A DNA stretch of 64,000 nt from Lachnospiraceae bacterium UBA1712 (GCA_002317175.1 DCJA01000036.1:99242-163241), one strand, 5' to 3'; shown: positions 27,722-38,725, counted from the first letter of the stretch. The notes: a model not told the origin generated them from the sequence alone. Numbers and translations are program-made.

Positions 27722-28642
27722 ATGGATATCACTTACATTTTTATTGCAGTAATATTTCTGATAATAGGATTTGCACTAGCCTATTATTTGTTTGTTGTTA
27801 AGAATATATTGAACAGTCAGGTGGCTGAGGAAGAGATTATCTCTATTGTTAATGAGAGTACCGAAAAAGGTATGATTGAAGAATCAGAAGCGGAGATGAT
27901 TAATAATATCTTTGAATTTGGGGATAAAGCCGCCAAAGATATTATGACTGACAGAAGTAATATCATAGCTTTTGAAGTTAACGAAAAGCTTGAAGATGTA
28001 ATTGAAGAGATTCTGGATAGTAATAATTCGAGATTCCCTGTTTATAATGAGAATCTTGATCATATTGTTGGTATTTTACACATTAAGGATGCAATTATTG
28101 CCAACAGGGATAAGAATAACCGTAAGAAGGCATTAGACAAACTTGAAGGTATATACAGAGAAGCGAAGTTTATTCCTGAGACCAGAAAGGTTGATGCTTT
28201 GTTTTCTACCATGAGAAGCGCAAGACTTCAGATGGTTGTAGTTATCGACGAATACGGTCAGACTGCAGGTGTCATTACTATGAGAGATATCCTGGAGGAA
28301 ATCGTTGGTAACATTGATGATGAAGATGATGAAATAGCTGATTTTATAGTCGCTAAAGAAGAAAATAAATATATAATTGATGGTTTGACAAAACTGGAAG
28401 ATATTGAGGAATTCCTTGATATTGAGTTTGATGAAGAGAACTTTGAGACCATCAATGGTTATCTTGTTTCCAAACTTGAACATATACCAGATAAAAAAGA
28501 GAAATTTGAGTTTTCCTATGGAGGTTATACCTTTAAGGTGCTCTCGGTGGAAAACAAGGTGATTAAGCAGATTCTGATTACCAGAAATGCAGTTGAAAGT
28601 ACACAACAGATTGATGCTGAAGCAGACAAATCTGAAGAATAA
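27722..28642 (+). CDS. Hemolysin/CorC family CBS-domain protein with a single N-terminal TM
   Basis: Motifs SRFPVY, VIDEYGQTAGVITMRDILEEIVGNI and C-terminal CorC_HlyC-like ETINGY. ATG at 27722 follows AGGAG. Confidence 0.85.
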   Translation: MDITYIFIAVIFLIIGFALAYYLFVVKNILNSQVAEEEIISIVNESTEKGMIEESEAEMINNIFEFGDKAAKDIMTDRSNIIAFEVNEKLEDVIEEILDSNNSRFPVYNENLDHIVGILHIKDAIIANRDKNNRKKALDKLEGIYREAKFIPETRKVDALFSTMRSARLQMVVVIDEYGQTAGVITMRDILEEIVGNIDDEDDEIADFIVAKEENKYIIDGLTKLEDIEEFLDIEFDEENFETINGYLVSKLEHIPDKKEKFEFSYGGYTFKVLSVENKVIKQILITRNAVESTQQIDAEADKSEE

Positions 28643-28663
28643 AAGAAATAGAAAGAGGTTTTT

Positions 28664-29398
28664 ATGTCAGGACATTCAAAATTTGCTAACATTAAGCATA
28701 AGAAAGAAAAAAATGATGCAGCAAAAGGAAAGATTTTTACTATTATAGGTCGTGAAATTGCGGTAGCAGTTAAAGAAGGTGGCCCAGATCCAACTAATAA
28801 CTTTAAGCTTGCTCAGGTTATTGCTAAGGCAAAGGCTAATAACATGCCTAATGATACTATTGACAGAGGTATTAAGAAGGCAAGTGGTGATGCAGGTAAT
28901 GTTAATTACGAATACATTACATATGAAGGCTATGGTCCTAACGGTATAGCTGTGATTGTTAAGACACTGACGGATAACAAGAACAGAACAGCAGCTAATG
29001 TTCGTAGTGCATTTACAAAGGGCAATGGCAGCATTGGTACACCTGGATGCGTATCATTTATGTTTGATGAGAAGGGTCAGATCATTATCGATAAAGAAGA
29101 ATGCGATATGGATGCTGATGAGCTCATGATGATCGCTTTGGATGCTGGTGCAGAAGATTTTGCAGATGAAGAAGATTCGTATGAAGTGATTACTGCTCCA
29201 GATGATCTTGTTGCTGTTCAGAATGCATTGGATGAGAATAAGATTGCTTACGTATCAAGTGAAGTTACTATGATTCCTCAGAACTATGTTTCAGTAACTG
29301 ATCCTGAAACAACAAAGTACATCAATAGAATAATTGATCTTCTTGATGAGGATGATGATGTTCAGTACGTATACACTAACTGGGAAGAGCAGGAATAA
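28664..29398 (+). CDS. yebC: YebC/PmpR family protein
   Basis: Motifs MSGHSKFANIKHKK, YEGYGPNG, TDNKNRT and DDDVQYVYTN. Confidence 0.95.
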   Translation: MSGHSKFANIKHKKEKNDAAKGKIFTIIGREIAVAVKEGGPDPTNNFKLAQVIAKAKANNMPNDTIDRGIKKASGDAGNVNYEYITYEGYGPNGIAVIVKTLTDNKNRTAANVRSAFTKGNGSIGTPGCVSFMFDEKGQIIIDKEECDMDADELMMIALDAGAEDFADEEDSYEVITAPDDLVAVQNALDENKIAYVSSEVTMIPQNYVSVTDPETTKYINRIIDLLDEDDDVQYVYTNWEEQE

Positions 29399-29418
29399 TT
29401 AAGGCAGAGGTAAAAGTT

Positions 29419-30702
29419 ATGGCAGAGTATATGTCAAAAGACACAATATGTATTCAGTCTGGTTATAAACCAGGAAATGGTGAACCAAGAAATATGCCGA
29501 TTGTTCAGTCGACTACATTTAAGTATTCTGATTCTGATGCTATGGGCCGACTTTTTGATTTGGAAGATAGCGGTTATTTCTATACAAGATTGGCTAATCC
29601 TACGAATGATAATGTGGCAAAGAAGATTTGCGAGCTTGAAGGTGGTTATGCAGCAATGCTGACAAGCTCAGGTCAGGCAGCTAATTTCTTTGCAGTATTT
29701 AATATCTGTGAATGTGGTGGACATGTAGTTATGTGCTCTCCAATTTATGGCGGTACATTCAATCTTGTGTCTACTACCATGAAGAAGATGGGTGTTGAAT
29801 GTACGATTGTAAGTCCTGATGATGACGAAGATACATTAAATGCTGCCTTTAAGGACAACACAAAGTGTGTACTGGCTGAGTCAATAGCTAATCCTAATTG
29901 CAGTGTCCTTGATTTTGAGAAATTTGCAAAGGTTGCACATGAGCATGGAGTACCTCTTATTGTAGATAATACCTTCCCTACACCAATCAATTGTAATCCA
30001 ATCAAATGGGGAGCAGATATTGTTACTCATTCAACTACCAAATATATGGATGGACATGGTCTTGGTGTTGGTGGTGCCATTGTAGACAGTGGCAATTTTG
30101 ACTGGGATAAATATGCTGATAAATTCCCTGGACTTACAACTCCAGATGAATCATATCATGGAATTATTTATACACAGAAATTTGGCAAGGCTGCTTATAT
30201 TACAAAAGCAACTAGTCAGCTGATGAGAGATTTTGGTGCTATTCAGGCACCTCAGAATGCTTTTTACCTTAATATTGGACTTGAGACATTGCATCTTCGT
30301 ATGCCAAAACATGTCTCAAATGCAGTAAAGGTTGCTGAGTTTTTGGCTTCTAATCCAAAGGTTGCCTGGGTTAATTATCCTGGTCTTAAGGGTGATAAGT
30401 ATTATGAAAGAGGTCAGAAATATATGCCTAATGGTACCTGTGGCGTACTGGCGTTTGGTATGAAGGGTGGAAGAGAAGCTTCTAAGGCTGTTATGGGCAA
30501 TTTGCAGCTTGCTTGTATTGTTACACATGTTGCAGATGCGAGAACCTGTGTACTACATCCTGCAAGCCATACACATAGACAGATGACAGATGAACAGCTT
30601 ATTGCTGCAGGTATTTTACCTGAATTTATCAGACTTAGTGTTGGTATTGAGGATGCTGACGATATAATTGCTGATTTGAAACAGGCGATTGACAAGATTT
30701 AA
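29419..30702 (+). CDS. metY: O-acetylhomoserine aminocarboxypropyltransferase
   Basis: Cys/Met PLP family motifs YTRLANPT, SSGQAA, HSTTKY, HPASHTHRQ and RLSVGIE. Confidence 0.85.
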   Translation: MAEYMSKDTICIQSGYKPGNGEPRNMPIVQSTTFKYSDSDAMGRLFDLEDSGYFYTRLANPTNDNVAKKICELEGGYAAMLTSSGQAANFFAVFNICECGGHVVMCSPIYGGTFNLVSTTMKKMGVECTIVSPDDDEDTLNAAFKDNTKCVLAESIANPNCSVLDFEKFAKVAHEHGVPLIVDNTFPTPINCNPIKWGADIVTHSTTKYMDGHGLGVGGAIVDSGNFDWDKYADKFPGLTTPDESYHGIIYTQKFGKAAYITKATSQLMRDFGAIQAPQNAFYLNIGLETLHLRMPKHVSNAVKVAEFLASNPKVAWVNYPGLKGDKYYERGQKYMPNGTCGVLAFGMKGGREASKAVMGNLQLACIVTHVADARTCVLHPASHTHRQMTDEQLIAAGILPEFIRLSVGIEDADDIIADLKQAIDKI

Positions 30703-30714
30703 GGGGAAATCTTT

Positions 30715-33700
30715 ATGGATACTTCCAGAAACAGATTTAGTAATACTATTTGCGTTGTATTTTCGATAATACTTGCTGTTTTAGTATGCACTTCAATTGG
30801 AATCAGATTTGGAATTGATAATAAAGTAAGCCGTGCAATTATTGCCGCAGGATACTGCGGCATCGTTGTAGGGCTTGCTTTTGCGCTTAACAAACTTGTT
30901 AAGAAGGTTATGGAAAAGGGCGTTTACATTGACTCTGATAAGGCTTTCCTTATCTCTGTTATTGTTGATAGCGTTCTTTTTATTTTAATGAGACTTCTTG
31001 TAATAAGTGACGTTATTAAGGTTGAGTTTTCTACTTCTAAGATAATTGAAAGCGCAAAAATAGCTTCTGATGGAAAGGTGTTTGTAGATTTTTCATCTCT
31101 TGATAATATTTTTGCAACTATGCTTTCTATGTGTTTTAAACTGTTTGGAAATACTTTTTTCCCTATTTATCTTTTGCAGTTTATTATCAGTTTGATTTCG
31201 TTTGCGTTTCTATATGTATCTGTTAAAAAAATCTTTGGAAGATTTGCAGCTGCGGTGATGGGATTCTTTGTGGCTGTATTGCCAATCTTTTTCAAAACCA
31301 TAGCAAGTGATTCTTCGGATAATCTTGTTATTCTTATGTTTTCAATAATATTGATGCTTACTGCAAAATATAAAGATGTTATAGAAGAGAAGGCAATTAG
31401 CGTTGCTTTGACTTTTGTTATTGGTCTTATATGTGGCTTGTTTTCTCTTTATAGCGCATTGCTTGTATATGCAATCGTATTTCCGCTTGTTGTATTGTGG
31501 GATTGCAGAAGTGAATATACCAAAGACAGAGTAATTAATACATTTTTAATGCTGGTCGCTTCTATGATTGGCTTTTTTGCCTCTTTGCTTGTAGAAGCCT
31601 ATGTATTTTCAGAAGATGGAGTTGTGGCTTTTGTTGAGGCAGCTTCAAAGCATTTACAATTCAGATTTTCTTATGCTGTTAATTACAATCTTATTAAGTG
31701 GATTCTTGACGACGCAGGAGTATTTTTTATTGCGATTATTTGCATCATATATGTGGTAATGTACTGGAAGAGCGATGAGGATGCAGCACATATACCTGCT
31801 TTGTTTAGCGTTTTGCTTACTATTCAGCTGGTAGGTGTAGCAGTTAATAATCATGGCGCAGCAATGATGCTACTGGCTATAGCACTTCTAATTGCTGGAG
31901 GAACAGGAATATATGATCTTTCTTATACTGAAAGTAGCGTCAGAGTATATAAGATGAAGGATGATATGGAGCCTCCGGTTATTACCAGCATTGATGATAA
32001 ACCTACTAATGTTCAGGCAACCGTAGCCAAAACTGAGGTTGAAAAGGTTACTGAACTTGCGGAAGCTAAGCCTGATGAGGAAAAGGTTACTGAACTTGCG
32101 GAAGCTAAGGCTGATGATAATTCTGAAGAAGAAAAGAATAATGAGGCTGTAGAAGAAAATCCTGCAGGAGATATATCTGTATTAGATAGCGTAGCTGATA
32201 ATTCGAAAGAAGATGATAGAGAACTGACTACTGATACAGAAACAGTCAATGATGCTGAGAATGAATCTATATATTCAGATCAGAGAAAGTATTCTGAACC
32301 AGAGGTTAGACAGACCACTAACTACGGAATAAATGATGCTGATTTTGAATCATTGTTTAATGGAAGTTATGTTCCACCTAAGTTTGTGTATAACGATATA
32401 TATGCCGATGATCTTCTTGAAAAGGCTAAGGAGAGCAGTGAAGATGTATCAACAGAATCAGATGATTCTGATACTGAAGCTTCTGCAGATAATATTTTAA
32501 ATAGCTTTGATAGTACAGAAACTGCTTTAACAGCAAATGATATTGAAGCAGGTGATGGAGCAGACTCAGATGATAACAGTTTAGATGCGACTGATTCTGA
32601 AGAAGAGGTTATTATAGGAGAAGAAAAGGTGGATGACAGCAAGGATAAAAAAGCTTATGTAGATTCGTTCTTTGGTTATTTATACAACGACAATAATCAG
32701 TTTGAAGCCTTCGAGCCTTTAAAACCGCTTGATGATATTCCTGTAAAGGAAGAGGTCAAAGAAGAATATGTGTCTCATGCGGATAAGTTTGCTGATCTTG
32801 ATCTTGATTTAGGTATTGATGCATTTGACAATATTAATGTTGATGCCGTTGAAAATGAGCAGAGTGAAGTTAATTTGGGTGAGAGTTCAGAAGAAACTGC
32901 TGAAGTGGTTGAAGCTGCAGTAGTAGTTGAGCCTGAGACTGATTATGAAGTTTCTGTTACTGAAGAGGAAGTGCTTACTGCAGATGAAACATTTACTGAA
33001 GAATATACTCATGTAGAAGAAGATGACGTTCCTGAAATGGATGATATCTCAAATGAGGCTGACGTTCCTGAAGTTGAAGATATCCCAAAAGAGGCAGATG
33101 TTCCTGAAGCGGAAGATATTCCTGAAGAAGTTGATGCTACTGATATAGAAGCATTTGATGAGGATGATAATCTCGCTAATGAGGATGATAATCTCACTAA
33201 TGATGATGAATTTGCTGAAGCAGATGAACAATTCTTCTTTGATTCAGATGATTCTAATACAGAGGATACTTTTGCGTGGGATCCTATAGCAGGTTCAAAT
33301 ATTGATGAAACTTTTGAATTTGGTAGTTCTTCAGAGGTTGAGGATGAGATACTTAAGGCACTCAATGATTTTAAACCAGTAGAAAGCCAGGAAGAAAAAG
33401 ATATAGAGACAAGCCTGAAGGAAGAATTCTCATATGAGGAAATGCTTGAAAAGAAAATAGATGAAGATTTCTCTTATGAAGAAGCTTTGAATCGAAAGAT
33501 TCTTAATGAGGAAGTTGAACAGGAAATAGGATTTTCTTATGAGCAGGCGCTGGAGAAAAAACTTGAAGTTGAAGAATCTATTAAGAATGCAATAAGAAAA
33601 GATAGTTTTTCATATGAGGAAGCATTTAGCAATAAGATTATTGCTGAAGAAGCAATCGAGGATGCTATGTCTGATGAGAATGGCATTTCTGTGGTTGATA

Positions 33701-34254
33701 CACTTTCAAGTAAAATTGCTCTGGAGGATATGATAGAACAGAATTCTGAAAAAACAGAGTTCTCATATCAGGAGGCACTTGAAACAAAGATTGATGTTGA
33801 ACAGTCGATTGAGAATGCTAATACAGAAAAGCTGTTAGAGGAATTTGGCTCAGATGATCTATTCGAGGGAGTTAAGATTGATTTTTCGGGAGAAGATTTT
33901 ACCTCTGCAACTGAAGCCTTGAACATACAAGATGGCGCTGTTGATGAAGAACAGACTGTGACTGAGGAATACACACAGGCAGAAGAGCAGACTGTAATAG
34001 AGGGATATGCCAAGGCGGATGAACACACTTATGTAGAAGAAACAGAATCTGTTAAAGATAGCAGTGTAGCTGAGGAATCTGCTGATTACGATGCTGAGAG
34101 TTCTGAAACAGAAGAAGTCAAGTTCATTGAAAATCCACTTCCTCTTCCTAAAAAGCATGTTCATAGAGAAATGGATTATGGACGTGTTATTCCGTCAGCA
34201 TGGATGCATTATGATATAGAATTAGATAAAAATAATAATCATTATGATATTTAA
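30715..34254 (+). CDS. Multi-pass membrane protein (GT-C-like N-terminus) with very long acidic repetitive C-terminal tail
   Basis: About 400 aa with ~11 TM segments, then ~780 aa D/E-rich low-complexity sequence ending IENPLPLPKKHVHREMDY...YDI. Confidence 0.7.
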   Translation: MDTSRNRFSNTICVVFSIILAVLVCTSIGIRFGIDNKVSRAIIAAGYCGIVVGLAFALNKLVKKVMEKGVYIDSDKAFLISVIVDSVLFILMRLLVISDVIKVEFSTSKIIESAKIASDGKVFVDFSSLDNIFATMLSMCFKLFGNTFFPIYLLQFIISLISFAFLYVSVKKIFGRFAAAVMGFFVAVLPIFFKTIASDSSDNLVILMFSIILMLTAKYKDVIEEKAISVALTFVIGLICGLFSLYSALLVYAIVFPLVVLWDCRSEYTKDRVINTFLMLVASMIGFFASLLVEAYVFSEDGVVAFVEAASKHLQFRFSYAVNYNLIKWILDDAGVFFIAIICIIYVVMYWKSDEDAAHIPALFSVLLTIQLVGVAVNNHGAAMMLLAIALLIAGGTGIYDLSYTESSVRVYKMKDDMEPPVITSIDDKPTNVQATVAKTEVEKVTELAEAKPDEEKVTELAEAKADDNSEEEKNNEAVEENPAGDISVLDSVADNSKEDDRELTTDTETVNDAENESIYSDQRKYSEPEVRQTTNYGINDADFESLFNGSYVPPKFVYNDIYADDLLEKAKESSEDVSTESDDSDTEASADNILNSFDSTETALTANDIEAGDGADSDDNSLDATDSEEEVIIGEEKVDDSKDKKAYVDSFFGYLYNDNNQFEAFEPLKPLDDIPVKEEVKEEYVSHADKFADLDLDLGIDAFDNINVDAVENEQSEVNLGESSEETAEVVEAAVVVEPETDYEVSVTEEEVLTADETFTEEYTHVEEDDVPEMDDISNEADVPEVEDIPKEADVPEAEDIPEEVDATDIEAFDEDDNLANEDDNLTNDDEFAEADEQFFFDSDDSNTEDTFAWDPIAGSNIDETFEFGSSSEVEDEILKALNDFKPVESQEEKDIETSLKEEFSYEEMLEKKIDEDFSYEEALNRKILNEEVEQEIGFSYEQALEKKLEVEESIKNAIRKDSFSYEEAFSNKIIAEEAIEDAMSDENGISVVDTLSSKIALEDMIEQNSEKTEFSYQEALETKIDVEQSIENANTEKLLEEFGSDDLFEGVKIDFSGEDFTSATEALNIQDGAVDEEQTVTEEYTQAEEQTVIEGYAKADEHTYVEETESVKDSSVAEESADYDAESSETEEVKFIENPLPLPKKHVHREMDYGRVIPSAWMHYDIELDKNNNHYDI
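32033..32118 (+). repeat. 39-bp intragenic tandem duplication
   Basis: GAAAAGGTTACTGAACTTGCGGAAGCTAAG is identical at 32041 and 32080. Confidence 0.9.
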
Positions 34255-34282
34255 GAAAAGCCCGAGAGGGCTTTTCTTTTTT
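34253..34282 (+). terminator. Rho-independent terminator
   Basis: AAGAAAAGCCC-gaga-GGGCTTTTCTT hairpin with T run. Confidence 0.9.
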
Positions 34283-34370
34283 GTATACAAAATATTGTAG
34301 TTTTGTTTAACACTTAATCAAGATTATGTGATATAATTTTAAAGGTTATTATATTGTGAGGATTTTATGC

Positions 34371-37037
34371 ATGGCTACAAATAACGGAAGAAGTAGAACA
34401 AATAGTAATAATAAAAAAACAACTTCTAAGAAGAATACAAAAACTAATAGTAGAGCTAAAAATACTAATAGTAGAACTATGTCTGAAGAAGATTTATTGA
34501 TAATCAATTATGTGGTAATAATTGGATCCGTATTGTTATGTGTCCTTTTGTTTCTGTGTAATTTTGGCCTTGTTGGAACAGTTGGAGATATCATAAGCAA
34601 TATTATGTTTGGCTTATTTGGAAAACTGGCATATGTATTTCCTATATTTCTGATTGTTATAGCTTTTTTGTGGATTTCAAAACAGTCTGATAACAGACTG
34701 ATAGCTAAGCTTGTGGCTTTCGTGTGTCTGTTCCTTGTTATTGGAGTATTTTTTGAGGTATCTGGCGGATATACTGCAGAGGCAGATACATATTCTTTTA
34801 AGGAATTATTTTTGAAGGGCTCTGATTATAATGCTGGTGGTGGCGTTATTGCGGGTTCGCTTGGTTATTTCCTTAATAAGTATTTGGGTAAGCTTGCTAC
34901 AATTATGATAGTTGTATGTATGATATTTATTTGCTGTATTATCATTTTTGGCAAGAGCTTTATTGATGTATTTGTTAACAGTGGTACAAAGATTAGAGAT
35001 ACTGCAAAGGAAGCTGGCGAATATCGAAGAGAGCATATGACTCGTAGTAGTTTTGTTGAAGAAGAACAGCAAAATGAAGAAAGAAAAGCGCGAGTTAGAA
35101 ACTATGATTTATCTAATCCAAATGAAAAAGAAGAATTAAAGCAGAAAAAGAAACTGGAAAAAGAAGCCAAGGAAAATGATGCTATTCTTCGCATGGACAA
35201 AAAATTCTCTGGAATAGCTAATAATACTATTATTGAAGATAATACTCCTAAAAAGAAGGATGATATTCATGAAATAGTGTTCAAAGAAGATACAGAACCA
35301 AAGAAAGAGCGTATCAAGGTAACAGATAGTAATGTTCTGGATAACAGCATCAAATTTCATACTGCAGAATATGATGATGATGAATATGATGCTAAAGATA
35401 CCAGTTCTGAGAAAGTAGCTGAGCGTCCAGTTGAAAGAAGAATTGAAAGACCAAATGACAGTGTAGCTGAAAAGCCTCCTGTTAAAGCTGTCGAGAAAGT
35501 TACGGCTAATGTTGCTGAAAAAACAGCTGATAGAGTTGTTGAGAAGAAAGTGGACTATTCTAAGGAAAAATACAAATTTCCTCCTTTGTCATTATTATCT
35601 TCTGGTTCTGGCAAAACTTCAGGTGATTCACGAGCAGCGTTAAGTGAAACTGCAAAGAAACTGGAAAATGCGCTTGAGAGCTTTGGAGTTAGTGCGAAAG
35701 TAACTGATATAAGCCAGGGACCAAGTGTTACCCGATATGAACTTGAGCCAGCTATAGGTGTTAAAGTTAGCAGGATTACCTCCCTCGCAGATGACCTTAA
35801 GCTTCATCTTGCTGCAAAGGATATAAGAATAGAAGCTCCTATTCCAGGTAAATCAGCAGTTGGTATTGAAGTTCCTAATTCTGAAAGTAGCGGAGTAAAA
35901 CTGCGAGATCTTTTTGAAGATAATGAATATAAGAATTTTTCAGGCAATATAATGTTTGCTGTTGGTAAAGATATTGCTGGTAAGGTAATTGTTACAGATA
36001 TATCAAAGATGCCTCATATGCTTATTGCGGGTAGTACAGGATCGGGTAAGTCGGTATGTATTAATACACTGATTATGAGTATTTTGTATAAGCATGATCC
36101 AAAGGATGTTCAGCTTATAATGGTTGATCCAAAGGTAGTCGAGCTTAGCATTTATAATGGTATACCACATCTGATGATTCCTGTTGTAACAGATCCAAAG
36201 AAGGCTGCCGGTGCACTTAACTGGGCTGTTGCAGAGATGACTGACAGATATAAGAAATTTGCCGATCTCAATGTAAGAGATCTGAAAGGTTATAATAAAA
36301 AAGTCGAAGAGATGCAGGATGCCAGCGAGGAACATAAGCATCTGCCTCAGATTGTAATCATTGTAGATGAGCTTGCTGACCTTATGATGGTTGCAGCAAA
36401 AGAAGTAGAAGAATCCATTTGTCGTCTTGCACAGCTGGCAAGAGCCTGTGGAATTCATCTTATACTTGCAACTCAGAGACCTTCTGTTGATGTTATAACT
36501 GGATTAATTAAGGCGAATATGCCTAGTAGAGTTGCATTTGCGGTTTCTTCGGGAGTTGATTCAAGAACAATTCTTGATATGAATGGTGCTGAAAAACTTC
36601 TTGGTAAAGGTGACATGTTATTTTATCCTCAGGGATATACCAAGCCTGCCAGAATCCAGGGAGCATTCGTATCTGATAATGAAGTTGCCGATGTTGTTGA
36701 TTTTATTAAGAATCAGAAGCTTCATAATGAGTTTGGTGACAGGGCAAAGGATAGCGTGGATAAGATTGGTTCTTCCTCTTCAGCTTCCGGCGCTTCTTCT
36801 GATGGCGGCTCAGGATATGATGATTTGTTTGTACAGGCTGGAAACTTTATTATAGATACCAATAAGGCTTCCATTGGCAATCTGCAGCGTAAATTCAGAA
36901 TAGGATTTAACAGAGCAGCAAGAATTATGGATCAGCTTTGTGATGCTGGAGTAGTAGGGGCAGAGCAGGGTACCAAGCCTAGAGAAGTTATTATGAGTCA
37001 GGAAGAATTTGATCAGTTTGTTGAAGAATATGTGTAA
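34371..37037 (+). CDS. ftsK: DNA translocase FtsK/SpoIIIE
   Basis: N-terminal TMs, motifs RIEAPIPGKSAVGIE, PHMLIAGSTGSGKS, DELADLMM and ATQRPSVDV, and gamma domain LQRKFRIGFNRAAR. Confidence 0.95.
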   Translation: MATNNGRSRTNSNNKKTTSKKNTKTNSRAKNTNSRTMSEEDLLIINYVVIIGSVLLCVLLFLCNFGLVGTVGDIISNIMFGLFGKLAYVFPIFLIVIAFLWISKQSDNRLIAKLVAFVCLFLVIGVFFEVSGGYTAEADTYSFKELFLKGSDYNAGGGVIAGSLGYFLNKYLGKLATIMIVVCMIFICCIIIFGKSFIDVFVNSGTKIRDTAKEAGEYRREHMTRSSFVEEEQQNEERKARVRNYDLSNPNEKEELKQKKKLEKEAKENDAILRMDKKFSGIANNTIIEDNTPKKKDDIHEIVFKEDTEPKKERIKVTDSNVLDNSIKFHTAEYDDDEYDAKDTSSEKVAERPVERRIERPNDSVAEKPPVKAVEKVTANVAEKTADRVVEKKVDYSKEKYKFPPLSLLSSGSGKTSGDSRAALSETAKKLENALESFGVSAKVTDISQGPSVTRYELEPAIGVKVSRITSLADDLKLHLAAKDIRIEAPIPGKSAVGIEVPNSESSGVKLRDLFEDNEYKNFSGNIMFAVGKDIAGKVIVTDISKMPHMLIAGSTGSGKSVCINTLIMSILYKHDPKDVQLIMVDPKVVELSIYNGIPHLMIPVVTDPKKAAGALNWAVAEMTDRYKKFADLNVRDLKGYNKKVEEMQDASEEHKHLPQIVIIVDELADLMMVAAKEVEESICRLAQLARACGIHLILATQRPSVDVITGLIKANMPSRVAFAVSSGVDSRTILDMNGAEKLLGKGDMLFYPQGYTKPARIQGAFVSDNEVADVVDFIKNQKLHNEFGDRAKDSVDKIGSSSSASGASSDGGSGYDDLFVQAGNFIIDTNKASIGNLQRKFRIGFNRAARIMDQLCDAGVVGAEQGTKPREVIMSQEEFDQFVEEYV

Positions 37038-37054
37038 TATAAGGAGAACTAGGG

Positions 37055-38725
37055 ATGTTTAAGAGTGATATTGAGATTGCTCAGGAAGCAGAAATGCTTG
37101 AAATAGAAAAAGTTGCTGAGGCTGCAGGCATCCAGAAGGATGAATTGGAGCTTTATGGCAAATATAAGGCAAAACTGAGTGATGAATATATAAAGCGTAT
37201 TAGCGCAAATAAGGATGGTAAATTAATACTTGTTACAGCTATTAATCCAACTCCGGCCGGAGAAGGAAAGACGACTACAACTGTTGGTCTTGGACAGGCA
37301 TTTGCTAAATTAGGCAAGAGTGCTGTTATAGCCTTGAGAGAGCCATCTTTGGGACCTTGCTTTGGAGTTAAGGGAGGTGCTGCTGGTGGTGGCTATGCTC
37401 AGGTAGTTCCTATGGAGGATCTTAACCTCCATTTTACTGGTGATTTTCACGCGATTACTTCTGCTAACAATCTCTTAGCAGCTTTGCTGGATAATCATAT
37501 CCAGCAGGGCAATGTGTTAAATATCGATACAAGACAGATTATCTGGAAGCGTTGTGTTGATATGAATGATCGTGTTCTTCGTAATATAGTTGTAGGCCTT
37601 GGTAATAAAACAGATGGTTTTGTCAGAGAGGATCACTTTGTTATAACAGTTGCTTCTGAGATAATGGCTATTCTCTGCCTTGCAACTGACATGAATGATC
37701 TTAAGGCTAAGCTTTCCAATATTATTGTTGCTTATGATGTTAATGGTAAGCCTGTTACAGCAAAGGATCTTAATGCTGTCGGAGCTATGGCTGCGCTGTT
37801 AAAGGATGCAATAAAGCCTAACCTTATTCAAACACTTGAGCATACACCTGCTCTTGTTCATGGTGGACCTTTTGCGAATATTGCTCATGGTTGTAATTCT
37901 ATTATTGCTACTAAAACAGCACTTAAGATGGCTGATTATTGTATTACTGAGGCTGGATTTGGAGCGGATCTTGGAGCAGAAAAATTCCTGGATATTAAGT
38001 GCAGAAAGGGTAATCTTTCTCCTGATGCAGTAGTTCTTGTTGCTACAATCAGGGCATTAAAATATAATGGCAAGGTTGCCAAAACTGATCTTAACAAAGA
38101 GAATCTGGATGCGTTGAAGGTTGGAATAGCCAATCTTGAGAAACATATTACCAATCTACAGCAGTTTGGCATTCCTGTAGTTGTTACACTTAATTCGTTT
38201 ATTACAGATACTGAGGCTGAAACTAATTTTGTAAAGGAATTCTGCGAGAATCTTGGCGCAAGCTTTGCACTCTCAAAGGTGTGGGAATTTGGCGGAGATG
38301 GCGGTGTAGAATTGGCTAAGAAGGTTCTTGAAGCTCTTGAAAAGCCTGCTGATTTCAAAATGATTTATGACGATAACATGTCGTTAACAGATAAAATGAA
38401 CTCTATTGCCAAGAAGATTTATGGAGCTGATGGAGTAGATATCTTACCTTCTGCAGCCAAGAAGATTGCAAAGATTGAAGAACTTGGATTTGCTAATTTG
38501 CCTGTTTGTGTTGCAAAGACACAGTATTCATTGTCAGATGATCCTACTAAACTTGGTAAACCTTCTGATTTTAGAATTACAGTCAGAGATGCATATGTAT
38601 GTGCAGGAGCTGGGTTTGTCGTTATGCTTACAGGAGATGTAATGACTATGCCTGGTCTGCCTAAAACACCTGCAGCATTTAATATTGATGTTGATAATAA
38701 TGGCAAAATCACTGGTCTTTTCTAA
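37055..38725 (+). CDS. fhs: Formate--tetrahydrofolate ligase
   Basis: Motifs [37 protein letters not shown] and MTMPGL. Confidence 0.96.
   Translation: MFKSDIEIAQEAEMLEIEKVAEAAGIQKDELELYGKYKAKLSDEYIKRISANKDGKLILVTAINPTPAGEGKTTTTVGLGQAFAKLGKSAVIALREPSLGPCFGVKGGAAGGGYAQVVPMEDLNLHFTGDFHAITSANNLLAALLDNHIQQGNVLNIDTRQIIWKRCVDMNDRVLRNIVVGLGNKTDGFVREDHFVITVASEIMAILCLATDMNDLKAKLSNIIVAYDVNGKPVTAKDLNAVGAMAALLKDAIKPNLIQTLEHTPALVHGGPFANIAHGCNSIIATKTALKMADYCITEAGFGADLGAEKFLDIKCRKGNLSPDAVVLVATIRALKYNGKVAKTDLNKENLDALKVGIANLEKHITNLQQFGIPVVVTLNSFITDTEAETNFVKEFCENLGASFALSKVWEFGGDGGVELAKKVLEALEKPADFKMIYDDNMSLTDKMNSIAKKIYGADGVDILPSAAKKIAKIEELGFANLPVCVAKTQYSLSDDPTKLGKPSDFRITVRDAYVCAGAGFVVMLTGDVMTMPGLPKTPAAFNIDVDNNGKITGLF

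Noticed and set aside
29399-29418. SAM riboswitch or T-box upstream of metY
   Set aside because: Only 20 nt separate yebC and metY, leaving no room.
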